DNA from: Polyangiales bacterium
Lineage (GTDB): Bacteria; Myxococcota_A; Polyangia; Polyangiales; JADJQN01
Direction of reading: 5' to 3'
DNA length: 64,000 nt
Assembly: GCA_964202905.1 (NCBI GenBank)
Contig: CAXNJO010000003.1
Coordinates: 1-64,000 of the forward strand
The position numbers were made by a program, and so were the translations under genes. Shown here in pieces: positions 45,495-59,334 of this stretch (positions within the stretch are counted from its first letter, which is position 1; every line of letters begins with the position of its first letter). Below the pieces are notes generated by a model. It was given only the letters and a program-made list of their open reading frames with translations, did not search any database and had not been told where the DNA came from.

Positions 45495-46193
45495 ATGTCG
45501 GCGAACACCCAGTCCACGTTCCTCGCCACGATGCGCGACGACAACGTCTACCGGCGCACCAACGCGCGGATGTTCCGCAGCGGCTTCATCGAGGCGTTCT
45601 CGAAGGTGCACCCCGCCATCCCGGCGCTGGTCTTCTTGCCCGTCGTGGGCTGGTTCGCGTGGCGCGCGGTGGCGGCGCAGGGCGTGCTCGGCGCGCTCGG
45701 GGCGCTCGCGCTCGGCGTGTTCTTCTGGAGTGTCACGGAATACACGCTGCACCGCTTCTACTTCCACATGACGCCGACGAACGCGCTCAAGCGCTTCCTC
45801 TACTTTTATTCGCACGGCATCCACCACGCGTATCCGGACGACTACTACCGCCTCGTGATGGTGCCCGCGGTGAGCATCCCGCTCGCGCTGGCCTTCTACG
45901 CGCTCTTCGTGGCGGTGCTGCCCGCCGCCTACGTGCCGGGCGCGTTCGCCGGCCTCGTGCTCGGCTACCTGCACTACGACTACGCGCACTTCGCGACGCA
46001 CCACGTGAAGCCGCCCCGCGCAGCGTGGCTCTCGTCGGTCGCGACGATCATGAAGGGGCAGCGCAGGCGCCACATGAAGCACCACTTCGAGGACCACGAC
46101 ACGGGCTACGGCGTGTCGACGGTCTTCTGGGACCACGTCTTCGGCACGGCCGCGCGCGACGAGAAGCCGAGCGCGAAGCCGGCGTCGGCCTGA
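45495..46193 (+). CDS. Fatty acid hydroxylase / sterol desaturase family (FA2H-like)
   Basis: His boxes HRFYFH, HGIHH, HFATHH, HMKHH. Confidence 0.9.
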   Translation: MSANTQSTFLATMRDDNVYRRTNARMFRSGFIEAFSKVHPAIPALVFLPVVGWFAWRAVAAQGVLGALGALALGVFFWSVTEYTLHRFYFHMTPTNALKRFLYFYSHGIHHAYPDDYYRLVMVPAVSIPLALAFYALFVAVLPAAYVPGAFAGLVLGYLHYDYAHFATHHVKPPRAAWLSSVATIMKGQRRRHMKHHFEDHDTGYGVSTVFWDHVFGTAARDEKPSAKPASA

Positions 46194-46256
46194 GCGAACG
46201 CGGGCTCCGGGCTGCGTCGACGCCGCACGGACGCGACGGTACATTCCGCGACCCGC

Positions 46257-47864
46257 ATGCTCGCCCCACGCACCCGCGCCCTGCTCGGCGCCTGCGCCCT
46301 CGTCGGTGCCGCGTTGGCGGGCGCAGCGCTCGCGCGGCGCGGCGCTTCGGGCGCGGCCGGGGCGATGGCCGGGACCCCCGAGACGACGGACACGCGGAGC
46401 GGACGGGCCACGCGCGCGCACGCGGTGCGGCTCGTGCAGCCGGGGGCCGCGCGCACGGGACGCGGGCAGAGCGCGGACGCGGATCGCGGCGGCGTCGAGG
46501 CGCCGCGCGTGGCCGCGCAGCCCGCGGAGATCCGCTGGGTCGCCGCGGGCGGCGGGCCCTCCCCGGAGTCCAACCCGCTGAGCGTCGAGGACGACCTCGC
46601 GCTCTTCGCCGAGACGCTCGGCGCGGACCGCGGGCTGCTGCTCTTCGCGGGCGGACCAGGGACGCGCTCCGTGCAGGTGCTCGCGTCCGCGCCGCGGGGC
46701 GAGGCGCTCACGCGGGACCTCGCGGAGCTCTTCGACGCGCGCGCGGGGCGCGATGCGCGCTACCGCCCGACGCGCCTCGCGCTGCACGGCGCGGCCACGG
46801 TCGACGGCGCGCTCGGCGCGCTCGATCGCGCGCTCGCCGGTGGGGAGGGACCGCTCACCGTCTTTCTCGCCGGGCATGGCGCCGGGGGCGACACACCGGC
46901 GGACGCCACGCTGCTCATGTGGGGCGACGAGGCCCTCACCCCCGCTGCGCTCGCCGAGACGCTCGACCGCGCGCCGTCCGGGCGCAGCGTCCGCGTCATC
47001 GTCACGTCGTGCTACTCGGGCGGGTTCGGCGAGCTCGCGTTCCGCGGTGCGCGCGCCGCGCTCGGCCCCACGACGGCTGATCGCTGCGGCTTCTTCGCGG
47101 CGCCCTGGGATCTGCAGGCGAGCGGCTGCGATCCGGACCCCGACCGCGCCGTCCACGAGGGCTACGCGATCCACTTCCTCGCTGCGCTGAAAGGCGAGGA
47201 CCGGAGCGGCCGCGACGCGCGCCCTGCGCTCGACCTCGATCGCGACGGTCGCGTGTCGCTGCGCGAGGCGCACACGCGCGCGGTCATCGCGTCGACCTCG
47301 CTCGACGTGCCGACGACGACGTCCGAGGTGTGGCTGCGCGCGACCGCGCCGACCCGCGGCCCCGAGCGCCCCGTGAGCCTCCCGGAGGCCGAGGCGGTCG
47401 TCGCCGCGATGGCCGCACGCACCCGGCTCGTCGGCCGCGAGGCGCAGGTCGGGGTCGAGCTCGCGCGGCGGCACGCGCGCATGGAGCGGCTCGGCGACGA
47501 GCTCGCCGGGCGCGACGACGACGAGGGGCGCGCGTGGCGGGCCGCGTCGGCGTCGGTGCTGTCGCGCTGGCCCGTGCTCGACGATCCGTGGCACCCGGAC
47601 TTCGCCGCGACGCTCGCGGCAGAGCGCGAAGAGGTCGCGCGCTTCCTCGATGAATCGCCCGCGCTCGCGGCGTGGCGCACGGCGCGCGGACGGCTCGAGG
47701 CCCTCGAGCAGCAGCTCGACGAAGAGCGGGTGGGCGCCGCGCCCTACGAGCGGCTCGCCCGCGCCCGCGAGGATCTCGTGCTCGCGCGGCGGTTGCGCGC
47801 GGCGGGCGGCGCGGCCTGGGCCCAGTACGAGCGGCTCCTCGCGTGCGAGCGCGGCGCGCCCTGA
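46257..47864 (+). CDS. Clan CD (C13/caspase-like) cysteine peptidase, secreted or anchored
   Basis: VFLAGHG ... VTSCYSGGF dyad; EF-hand-like DLDRDGRVSLREA. Confidence 0.7.
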   Translation: MLAPRTRALLGACALVGAALAGAALARRGASGAAGAMAGTPETTDTRSGRATRAHAVRLVQPGAARTGRGQSADADRGGVEAPRVAAQPAEIRWVAAGGGPSPESNPLSVEDDLALFAETLGADRGLLLFAGGPGTRSVQVLASAPRGEALTRDLAELFDARAGRDARYRPTRLALHGAATVDGALGALDRALAGGEGPLTVFLAGHGAGGDTPADATLLMWGDEALTPAALAETLDRAPSGRSVRVIVTSCYSGGFGELAFRGARAALGPTTADRCGFFAAPWDLQASGCDPDPDRAVHEGYAIHFLAALKGEDRSGRDARPALDLDRDGRVSLREAHTRAVIASTSLDVPTTTSEVWLRATAPTRGPERPVSLPEAEAVVAAMAARTRLVGREAQVGVELARRHARMERLGDELAGRDDDEGRAWRAASASVLSRWPVLDDPWHPDFAATLAAEREEVARFLDESPALAAWRTARGRLEALEQQLDEERVGAAPYERLARAREDLVLARRLRAAGGAAWAQYERLLACERGAP

Positions 47865-47942
47865 GGGCAGCGCGACGAGCGCGTGACGACGGCACCGCGG
47901 CGCGCCGAGGCGAACGGCGCGTGTGGTACACTTCGCGGCCCG

Positions 47943-48737
47943 ATGCCCCGATTTTCTTCGGCGTTCGCCGCGCTCCTGCTCGCGCTCGCCGTCGCCGGCG
48001 CGAGCGCCGACGCGCGCGTGGCGGCCGCACAGGACGCCGTGTCGGGCGTCGGGCCGACCGCGGCCGAGGTGACGCTCGCGCGCGAGCAGTTCCGCGAGGG
48101 CGTCGCGGCCGCACGCACCGGGCGTTGGTGGGAGGCGCTCGAGGCCTTCACGCGCTCGTACGAGCTCGCGCCGCGCGCGGCCACGCTGCTCAACCTCGCG
48201 GGCGCGCAGGTCGAGACGGGCCACCTCGTCGAGGGCGCCGAGAACTACCGCCGCTTCCTCCGCGAGGCCGACGGACGCGCGGCGCAGCGCGTCCCGGTGG
48301 CCGAGGCCGCGCTCGCCGCGGTCGAGCCGCGGATCGCCCGCGTGCGCGTCGAGATCGACGGGCTGCTGCGCCGCGATCGCGTCGCGCTCGACGACACGCC
48401 GCTCTCGGAGGCGGCGCTCGGCGCGGAGCTCCCGGTGAACCCGGGCGCGCACACCATCCGCGTCGAGCGCGGCGGCGACGAGATCGCGCGGGCGGACTTC
48501 GACGTCGTCGAGGGGGAGAACCGGCTCGAGCCCCTGACGCTCACGCTGCCGCCCGGCACCGACGACGCGGAGGACGCGGACGGCGCCGCGCCCGCGTGGT
48601 TGCGTTCGCCGTGGTTCTGGGCGGCCGTCGGCGTCGTGGTCGTCGGGGCCGGTGTCGGGATCGGCGTCGCCGTCGCGGCGGGCGGCCAGGACCCGTACGT
48701 CGGCAACGTCCCGCCGGGCGCGTGGAGCGTGCGGTGA
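47943..48737 (+). CDS. TPR/PEGA-like membrane protein
   Basis: Signal, TPR helices, VNPGAHTI beta domain, WFWAAVG C-terminal TM. Confidence 0.8.
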   Translation: MPRFSSAFAALLLALAVAGASADARVAAAQDAVSGVGPTAAEVTLAREQFREGVAAARTGRWWEALEAFTRSYELAPRAATLLNLAGAQVETGHLVEGAENYRRFLREADGRAAQRVPVAEAALAAVEPRIARVRVEIDGLLRRDRVALDDTPLSEAALGAELPVNPGAHTIRVERGGDEIARADFDVVEGENRLEPLTLTLPPGTDDAEDADGAAPAWLRSPWFWAAVGVVVVGAGVGIGVAVAAGGQDPYVGNVPPGAWSVR

Positions 48738-50464
48738 GCGCGCCGCCCCGCCCGTCGGCGGTGCAGCCACGGCTCCGCGCCCTCGCCGCGCTCTGCGCCG
48801 CAGCGCTCGCCGCATGCGCCAGCGCCCCCAGCACGGAGCTCGTGCTCGTCGTGGACACCAACGCGGCCCCGAGCGTCCTCGACACGCTCGACGTCGTGGT
48901 GCGCGGTCCCTCCGGCGAGGCGCAACGCGCGACGGTGCCGTACGAGGGCGCGCCGCGCACGATCGGTCTCGTCCCGGCGACGGATGTGCTCGGCCCGCTC
49001 GACCTGACGATCACGGGCAGCGCGAGCAGCGACCCCGACGTCCCGCTCGTCACGCGCGTCCTCAGCACGCGCTTCGAGCGTGGCGTGAGCCGCGTGCTGC
49101 ACGTGCGCCTCGCGATCGAGTGCGTCGGCGTCGCCTGCCTCGACGCGACCGAGACCTGCGGTCCGGACGGCGCGTGCATCTCCGTCGAGGTCGACCCGAC
49201 GCGGCTCCCAGCGTACCTCGGCGAGGTCTCCGTGCCCGAGCAGTGCAACGGCGTCGACGACGACGCGGACGGGCGCGCCGACGAGGACTTCGATCTCGAC
49301 GCCGACCCGCGACATTGCGGGGCGTGCAACGCGCCCTGCGCCGGCGGCGTGCTCTGCGCGGCCGGGCGCTGCGAGCCGAGCCCGCTCGTGCAGGTCGCGG
49401 CGGGCGCGACGCACACGTGCGCGCTGCGCGAGTCGGGCGGCGTCGCGTGCTGGGGGAGCAACACGTTCGGCGAGTTGGGGGACGGCACGCTCGCGACGCG
49501 GACCCGCCCGGTGACGGTGCTCGGCCTCGACGACGCGGTCTCCCTCAGCGCGGGCTACGGCTTCACGTGCGCGGTGCGACGCGACGGGACGGTCGCGTGC
49601 TGGGGGAGCAACACCTGCGGCGAGCTCGGCCGGAGCGGCGGGAACTCGGGGCGCCCCGTCGCCGTGTCGGGCGTCGCGGACGCCGTCGAGGTGTCGGGCG
49701 GCAACTGCCACAACTGCGCGCGCCTCGCCTCGGGCAGCGTGACCTGCTGGGGCAGCAACACCGCCGGGCAGCTCGGCAGCGGCGCCGTCACGTCCACGCA
49801 GCCGCAACGCGCGACGCCCGTGGCGGGGCTCTCGGGCACGTTGAGCGTCCGCGCGGGCGCCAACCACACCTGCGCGCTCCGCGGCAACGGCGCGGTGAGT
49901 TGCTGGGGGGCCAACGACGCCGGCCAGGTGGGCGACGGGACGAGCACATCCCAACCCGCGCCGACGCTCGTCACCGGGCTCGACGACCTCACCGATGCGC
50001 GCGTGCGCGGGTCCGCGATCGGGGCCGGCGACGACTTCGCGTGCGTCCTCACCGCCGCCGGGGCGCGCTGCTGGGGCGGGAACGCCAACGGGCGCATCGG
50101 CCTGCCCGACGCGCAGACGTGGAACGGGCGCGAGCCCACCGTCGTCGCGGGCACGGCGGGCGCGACGGCCATCTCGGTGGGCGCGCTCGGCTGCTTCGGC
50201 TGCGCGCTCGGCGCGGGGGGCGTGGTCTCGTGCTGGGGCTGCAACGGCGCGGGCCAGGTCAGCGGTTCGACCTCCGCGTCCAACCCCGGCGCCGTGCGGG
50301 TCGATGGGCTCCCGCCCGCCGCGTCCGTGAGCGCCGGCAGCGCGCACGCCTGCGCGCTCACTGCGGACGGCGCCGTGTGGTGCTGGGGCGCGAACGAGGC
50401 GGGCCAGCTCGGGCTCGGGAGCGACCTCGCGAGCGCCTCGCCGACACGCCTCGACGGGCTCTGA
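48734..50464 (+). CDS. RCC1-repeat lipoprotein
   Basis: ALAAC; repeated AGxxHTCA...CWGxNxxGQLG. Confidence 0.92.
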   Translation: MSAPPRPSAVQPRLRALAALCAAALAACASAPSTELVLVVDTNAAPSVLDTLDVVVRGPSGEAQRATVPYEGAPRTIGLVPATDVLGPLDLTITGSASSDPDVPLVTRVLSTRFERGVSRVLHVRLAIECVGVACLDATETCGPDGACISVEVDPTRLPAYLGEVSVPEQCNGVDDDADGRADEDFDLDADPRHCGACNAPCAGGVLCAAGRCEPSPLVQVAAGATHTCALRESGGVACWGSNTFGELGDGTLATRTRPVTVLGLDDAVSLSAGYGFTCAVRRDGTVACWGSNTCGELGRSGGNSGRPVAVSGVADAVEVSGGNCHNCARLASGSVTCWGSNTAGQLGSGAVTSTQPQRATPVAGLSGTLSVRAGANHTCALRGNGAVSCWGANDAGQVGDGTSTSQPAPTLVTGLDDLTDARVRGSAIGAGDDFACVLTAAGARCWGGNANGRIGLPDAQTWNGREPTVVAGTAGATAISVGALGCFGCALGAGGVVSCWGCNGAGQVSGSTSASNPGAVRVDGLPPAASVSAGSAHACALTADGAVWCWGANEAGQLGLGSDLASASPTRLDGL

Positions 50465-50558
50465 TCGCCCCGCGGCGGGCTCGAGGAAGGCCCGCGCGGC
50501 GAGGCCCCCAACCGCCCGAACTGTCCGTTTTCACGGGCAATCGCGCGCTCCCCGGGCG

Positions 50559-52223
50559 CTAGAAATCGGCCTCCTCGACGAGCGGCGTCGCGCCCCGCGG
50601 CCGAGTGCGCGGCGGCGGCGCGGCACGCACCGGCGCCTGCACGGGGCGCGATCCCCGCGACCCGCGGACGCGCACGACGGGCCCGCCCGGAGCGGACGGC
50701 GCGGTCGCGGCCTGCGCGGCCCCCGGCGGCGCATCGCGCGCAGCGGCCGAGGGCGCGACCGGCCACGGAGACGTCAGCGCGGGCAGCGGCAGCGGCGCGA
50801 GCGGCGGCGGCAGCGCGGACGGGAACACGTCGGGCGGCAGCGGCGCGAGCGGCGGCACGGCGCTCCCCTCGACCGTCACGGCCGCGGGTACGCTCGCCGC
50901 GGCGCCACCCCGGCGCACACGCCGCGTCGCCCAAGCGATCCCGACGCCGAGCGCGACGAGCAGCAGCGCAACCGAGACCGCGCCCGCGACGCGGAGGACG
51001 CGCGGCGCCGCCCGCGGCGGCTCGACGCGGTAGAGCTCGGTGTGCGTGATGATCGGCGTGCGCGGCGGCTCGGGACCGGGCTCCGGCGCGTCGTCGTCGT
51101 CGTCGTCGAGGCGCATCGGCTGCGCCGCGCGGTACGTGAGCGTGCGGAGGATCTCCTCGCGCTCCTCGGCGGGGCGCTGCGCCGTCTGCAGGGCGATCAC
51201 CGGCAGCCCGGGCCCGCCCGCCGCGGCGTCGTCCACCGCGGGTCCGCGCAGCGCCGAGAGGGACTCGGGCAGCATGTCGCGCTGCCGCGCGATCTCATCG
51301 GTCATCACCGCGCCGAGCAGCGCCGCGACCTGCGCGGCGTCGACCGCGAGCGCGCCCGGCACGGCCTCGGCGAGCAGCCTGCGCAGGTCCTGCATCGTCG
51401 CGGGGCGGTCCTCGATCCGCGGCGCGAGCGCACGGCGCAGGGCCGCGTCGAGGGCCGGCGGCACGCCCTCGGCGTAGCGGCTCGCGGGCACGAGCTCCGG
51501 CTCGCGCACGAGGTCGAGCAGCGCGAAGTCGTCGTCCGCCTCGAAGAAGCGGCGCACCGTGAGCAGCTCCCACAGCACGATGCCGAGCGCGTACACGTCG
51601 GTGCGCCGATCCACGGCCCGGCCGAACGCCTGCTCCGGCGCCATGTAGCGCAGCTTCCCCTTCAGCGAGCCGGTCGCCGTCTCCTTCGCGCGCGAGCGCG
51701 CCTTGGCGATGCCGAAGTCGATGACCTTCACGTGCCCCGCGTACGAGACGAGGACGTTCTGCGGGCTCACGTCGCGGTGCACGACCTGCAGCGACTGACC
51801 ATCGTCGCCCCGCAGCTCGTGCGCGGCGTGGAGTCCGTCGGCGATCTGGATCGCGAGCCACACGGCGAGCTCGGGCGCGAGGCGCCGCTGCCGCAGCGCG
51901 AGCGCCTTCAGCAGCTGCGAGAGCGCCGCCCCGTGGACGTACTCCATCACGAGGAAATAGGCGCCCTCCGACTCACCGAGTTCCTCGACGTGCACGACGT
52001 TCGGGTGGTGGATCCGCGCCGAAAGGAAGGCCTCGTCGAGGAACATCCGGACGAAGGCGCGGTTCTCCGCGAGGTGCGCGTGCACGACCTTGATCGCGAC
52101 GTGCCGCGCGAAGCCCGCCGCGCCCGTGCGCCGCGCGAGGTAGAGCGTCGCCATGCCCCCCGAGCGCAGGTGCGCGACGATCTCGTAGGCGCCGATACGG
52201 CGGGGCGCGGAGGCCGGGAGCAC
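50559..52223 (-). CDS. Hanks-type Ser/Thr protein kinase with TM and Pro-rich tail
   Basis: GGMA, VAIK, HRDVSPQN, DFG, YMAPE. Confidence 0.96.
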   Translation of the reverse strand: MLPASAPRRIGAYEIVAHLRSGGMATLYLARRTGAAGFARHVAIKVVHAHLAENRAFVRMFLDEAFLSARIHHPNVVHVEELGESEGAYFLVMEYVHGAALSQLLKALALRQRRLAPELAVWLAIQIADGLHAAHELRGDDGQSLQVVHRDVSPQNVLVSYAGHVKVIDFGIAKARSRAKETATGSLKGKLRYMAPEQAFGRAVDRRTDVYALGIVLWELLTVRRFFEADDDFALLDLVREPELVPASRYAEGVPPALDAALRRALAPRIEDRPATMQDLRRLLAEAVPGALAVDAAQVAALLGAVMTDEIARQRDMLPESLSALRGPAVDDAAAGGPGLPVIALQTAQRPAEEREEILRTLTYRAAQPMRLDDDDDDAPEPGPEPPRTPIITHTELYRVEPPRAAPRVLRVAGAVSVALLLVALGVGIAWATRRVRRGGAAASVPAAVTVEGSAVPPLAPLPPDVFPSALPPPLAPLPLPALTSPWPVAPSAAARDAPPGAAQAATAPSAPGGPVVRVRGSRGSRPVQAPVRAAPPPRTRPRGATPLVEEADF

Positions 52224-52327
52224 GGAGCGGGAGACTACGGGCTGCGCCCCGGCCGCAGCAAGGCGGACCCGCCCGCGCGCGCGTCACGGCGACCCGCGCG
52301 GGACACGTCCGCGGCCGACGGACCGCG

Positions 52328-54014
<1,687 letters not shown>

Positions 54015-54017
54015 GCC

Positions 54018-54446
54018 GTGGCGAGCACGAGCGAGCAGCTGAAGCTCGAGGTCGCGACGCCGCTCGGGCTCGCGCTCGGCACCTCCGTGGAGAGCGTCGC
54101 GGCCCCGAGCGTGCGCGGCGAGTTCGGCGTGCTGCCGGGCCATCTGCCCCTGCTCGCTGCGCTGCGGAGCGGCGTGCTGCGCTACCGCACCGGGGGCCGT
54201 GACCAGTTCGCGGCGATCGGTCCGGGCTTCGTCGAGGCGGGCCCGGAGAAGGTGTTGGTCCTCACGGACAAGTTCGCGCAGCCGGCGGACATCGATCTCG
54301 AGGCGACGCGCGCGGAGCTCGCGGCGGCCGAGCAGAAGCTGAGCGCCTTCCCCGAGGAGTACGCGGGGCCGGACTACGACGTGCTCCAACTCGCGTTCGA
54401 CTGGGCGCAAGCGCGTCTCGAGGCGCTCGCCGAATCGCAGCGCTGA
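54018..54446 (+). CDS. atpC: ATP synthase F1 epsilon
   Basis: GEFGVLPGHLP, GFVE; follows atpD. Confidence 0.96.
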   Translation: MASTSEQLKLEVATPLGLALGTSVESVAAPSVRGEFGVLPGHLPLLAALRSGVLRYRTGGRDQFAAIGPGFVEAGPEKVLVLTDKFAQPADIDLEATRAELAAAEQKLSAFPEEYAGPDYDVLQLAFDWAQARLEALAESQR

Positions 54447-54497
54447 ACGGGCTGCAGCGCTGAACGGGCTGCAGCGACGGACGGGCTGCAGCGCTGA
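54437..54497. repeat. 17-bp tandem repeat x3.6 spanning the atpC stop codon
   Basis: gcagcgctgaacgggct units at 54437, 54454, 54471 (variant) and 54488 (partial). Confidence 0.9.
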
Positions 54498-54592
54498 GCG
54501 CGGCCCGCCCCGACGGAACGTTCACGGGCGCGTACCTCACGGTGTGCGCCCGTTTTCGTGGGTGACGCCGGCTGCCCGGCGAGCGCGGTCGG

Positions 54593-55309
54593 TCAGCGCG
54601 CGTCGACGAGACGCAGCGACGCGACCAGCTCGTCGAGGTGGGGCCGGCCGAGGAACGACCACACCTGGTAGACGCAGTCCTGGCCCGGCACGACGAGCGT
54701 CGCGACCGCCGCGGGGTCGTCGCTGCCGGATTGCACGTCGATGCGGCCGCCATCGGCGAGCACGGTCGCGCCCGCGCCGAGCAGATCCTCGGCGTCCTCC
54801 GCGCTCATCGCGGTGCCGGTGACGCCGAAGGCGCCGCGTCCACAGGTCTCGCAGAGCCCGCCGTCCGCGCCGATGCCCGCCGTGCCGCGGCGATCGTACT
54901 CGAGCGACCAGCCACCCGGCGCGGCCCCGGCGCGCGCGCGGGCCCCCTGCCCGGCGCCGAGCGTCGCCGGAGCGAGCGGCGCGCACCAGCCCTGGTTCTC
55001 CGCGCGTCCCCAGGCCTGGAGCAGCTGGCGCGGCGCCGCATCGGCCGCGAGGTGCTCGGCGCCCCAGGGCGCGGCCGCCGCAGGCGCCGCCTCGACGTGC
55101 TCGGGCAACGCGACCGCCGCGGAGGCGGCCGTCGTCGTCGTGTCGTGCACCGCGATCGACGGCGCGGAGACGGCTGCCACCGGGTTCTCCGCCGTCGGTG
55201 CGGCGACCACCGGACCACCCGTGCGACCCGCGCCACAGCCCGCCATCAAGAACATCCCGACCGTCGCCCAGTTCATACGCATCATGGCCTGCTCCTCCCG
55301 GCGTGACAC
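54593..55309 (-). CDS. Hypothetical lipoprotein; start probably ~55285
   Basis: MFLMAGC lipobox; SD-like GGAGGAG upstream of the internal Met. Confidence 0.7.
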   Translation of the reverse strand: MSRREEQAMMRMNWATVGMFLMAGCGAGRTGGPVVAAPTAENPVAAVSAPSIAVHDTTTTAASAAVALPEHVEAAPAAAAPWGAEHLAADAAPRQLLQAWGRAENQGWCAPLAPATLGAGQGARARAGAAPGGWSLEYDRRGTAGIGADGGLCETCGRGAFGVTGTAMSAEDAEDLLGAGATVLADGGRIDVQSGSDDPAAVATLVVPGQDCVYQVWSFLGRPHLDELVASLRLVDAR

Positions 55310-55486
55310 CGCTCCGCGCGACGCCCGCCTTCGCCCGGCGGGAGCCGCTGTCCGCGAGGGCGCCCGCCTTCGCCCGGCGAGGCGCCGCTCACCCCGATGC
55401 GGCTACCACGCGGTCGATCGCCGGCGCAAAAAAGCGGTGTGCGCCGCACCGGAGCACGCGGCGGCGCGGTGATATGCTAGCGCGCC

Positions 55487-57183
55487 ATGCCCGCCCAACC
55501 CCGCACCGCCCGACGCGCACTCTGTGCCGCGCTCCTCCTCGCCCTCGTCCCCGCGTGCGGCGACGACGACGCGCCGCCCGCGACCGACCTCGGCCCCCCC
55601 GACGCGGGCGCCGCCGACGCCAACATCGCCCGGCCTGACCTGGCGCTCCCCGACCTCGGGCCGCCGACCGAGGTGAGCTTCGCCCCGAGCGGCTCGACGA
55701 GCGCGGCCTCCGGCGCAGGCAGCTTCACCTTCGGCGCGGCGACGGCGTCCGCGCAGATCGAGGACCAGAACCCGGCGACCGACTGGTACCTGTGGACGCG
55801 CCCCGAAGCGGAAGGCGGCCTCGGCAACGGCGTCTTCGTGGGCGAGGCGTCACGCGGCTACACGCGCGCGGTCGAGGACGTCGCGCGGGCCGCGGAGCTG
55901 GGGCTCGACTCGTACCGCTTCAGCGTCGATTGGGCGCGCGTCGAGCCGGCGCGCGACGACGTGCAGGAGGAGGCGCTCGCGCACTACGACGCCGTCATCG
56001 ACGCGCTCGTCGCCGCCGACATCGAGCCGATGATCACCGTGCACCACTTCTCGAGCCCCGTGTGGGCCGACGACCCGCGCCGCGCGACGAGCGCGCCGTG
56101 CACGCCGAGCGACGCGGACCTCTGCGGATGGGCCGACCCGGTCGGCGCGCCGCTGCTCATCGCCGAGCTCGCCGAGCACGCCGCGCTGATCGCGGCCCGC
56201 TACGGCGATCGCGTCGACGACTGGGCGACGATCAACGAGCCGATCAACTACCTGCTCGCGAGCTATGGCCTCGCGGTGTTCCCGCCGGGGCGCAACCTCA
56301 TCCTCTCGGGCGACGCGGGCTTCGCGCGCTTCATCGAGGTCGTCAAGAACTACATCCGCGCGCACGTGGCCATCTACGACGCGATCAAGGCCGCGGATAC
56401 CATCGACGCGGATGGGGATGGCGTCGCCGCGAGCGTGGGCTTCACGCTCTCGGTCGCGAAGTGGCAGCCTGCGCGCCGCAACCGCCCGAGCGCCGACCCC
56501 GTGGACATCGCCGCGGCCGCGCGCGTCGAGGCCGTCTACCACTACCTCTTCACCGACGCCGTGCAGCAGGGCGGCTTCGACACCGACTTCGACGGCGTGC
56601 CGGACGAGGACCACCCCGAGTGGGCCGACAAGCTCGACTGGCTCGGCGTGCAGTACTACTTCCGCACGGGCGTCACGGGCGCGTCGACGATCATCCCGGG
56701 GATCGAGGCGGCGGTGTGCTTCGACACCTTCGACTTCGGCGCGTGCCTGCCGCCCGCGGACCCGACGCACTACGTGCCGACGATGGGCTACGAGTACTAC
56801 GCGCTCGGGCTCTACGACGTGCTCGTCGACTTCGGCGCGCGCTGGCCCGCGCTGCCGATGACGGTCACCGAGGCGGGCATCGCGACCGAGGTCGGCGCGC
56901 GGCGCGCCGAGCACGTGGTCCGCACGCTCGAGCAGATCGCGCGCGCGCGCGCCGACGGCGTGGACGTGCGCGGCTACTACCACTGGAGCCTCTTCGACAA
57001 CTTCGAGTGGGCGGAGGGCTACGAGCCGCGCTTCGGGCTCTACCGCGTGGACTTCGGCGGCACCTGGGACCGCACCCCGACCGAAGGGGCGACGCTGCTC
57101 GGCGCGATCACCGCGACGCGCACGCTCACCGTCGCGCAGCGCACGCAGTACGGCGGGCTCGGCCCGATGACGCCGAGGAGTGA
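55487..57183 (+). CDS. Glycoside hydrolase family 1 lipoprotein; apparent 1-bp deletion at ~57175 just before the likely stop
   Basis: LVPAC; YRFSVDWARVEP; TINEP acid/base; VTEAG nucleophile; WSLFDNFEWAEGYEPRFGL. Confidence 0.93.
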
Positions 57184-57242
57184 CCCTGACGCGCGACGCA
57201 TGCAGCCTCCGCCGCTGCACCGCGACGCAGCCGCAGCGGCGC

Positions 57243-59330
<2,088 letters not shown>

Positions 59331-59334
<4 letters not shown>

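Noticed and set aside
36411..52320. Mobile element inserted between atpG and atpD
   Set aside because: No integrase, transposase or att-like repeats noticed, host-like composition, and housekeeping cargo
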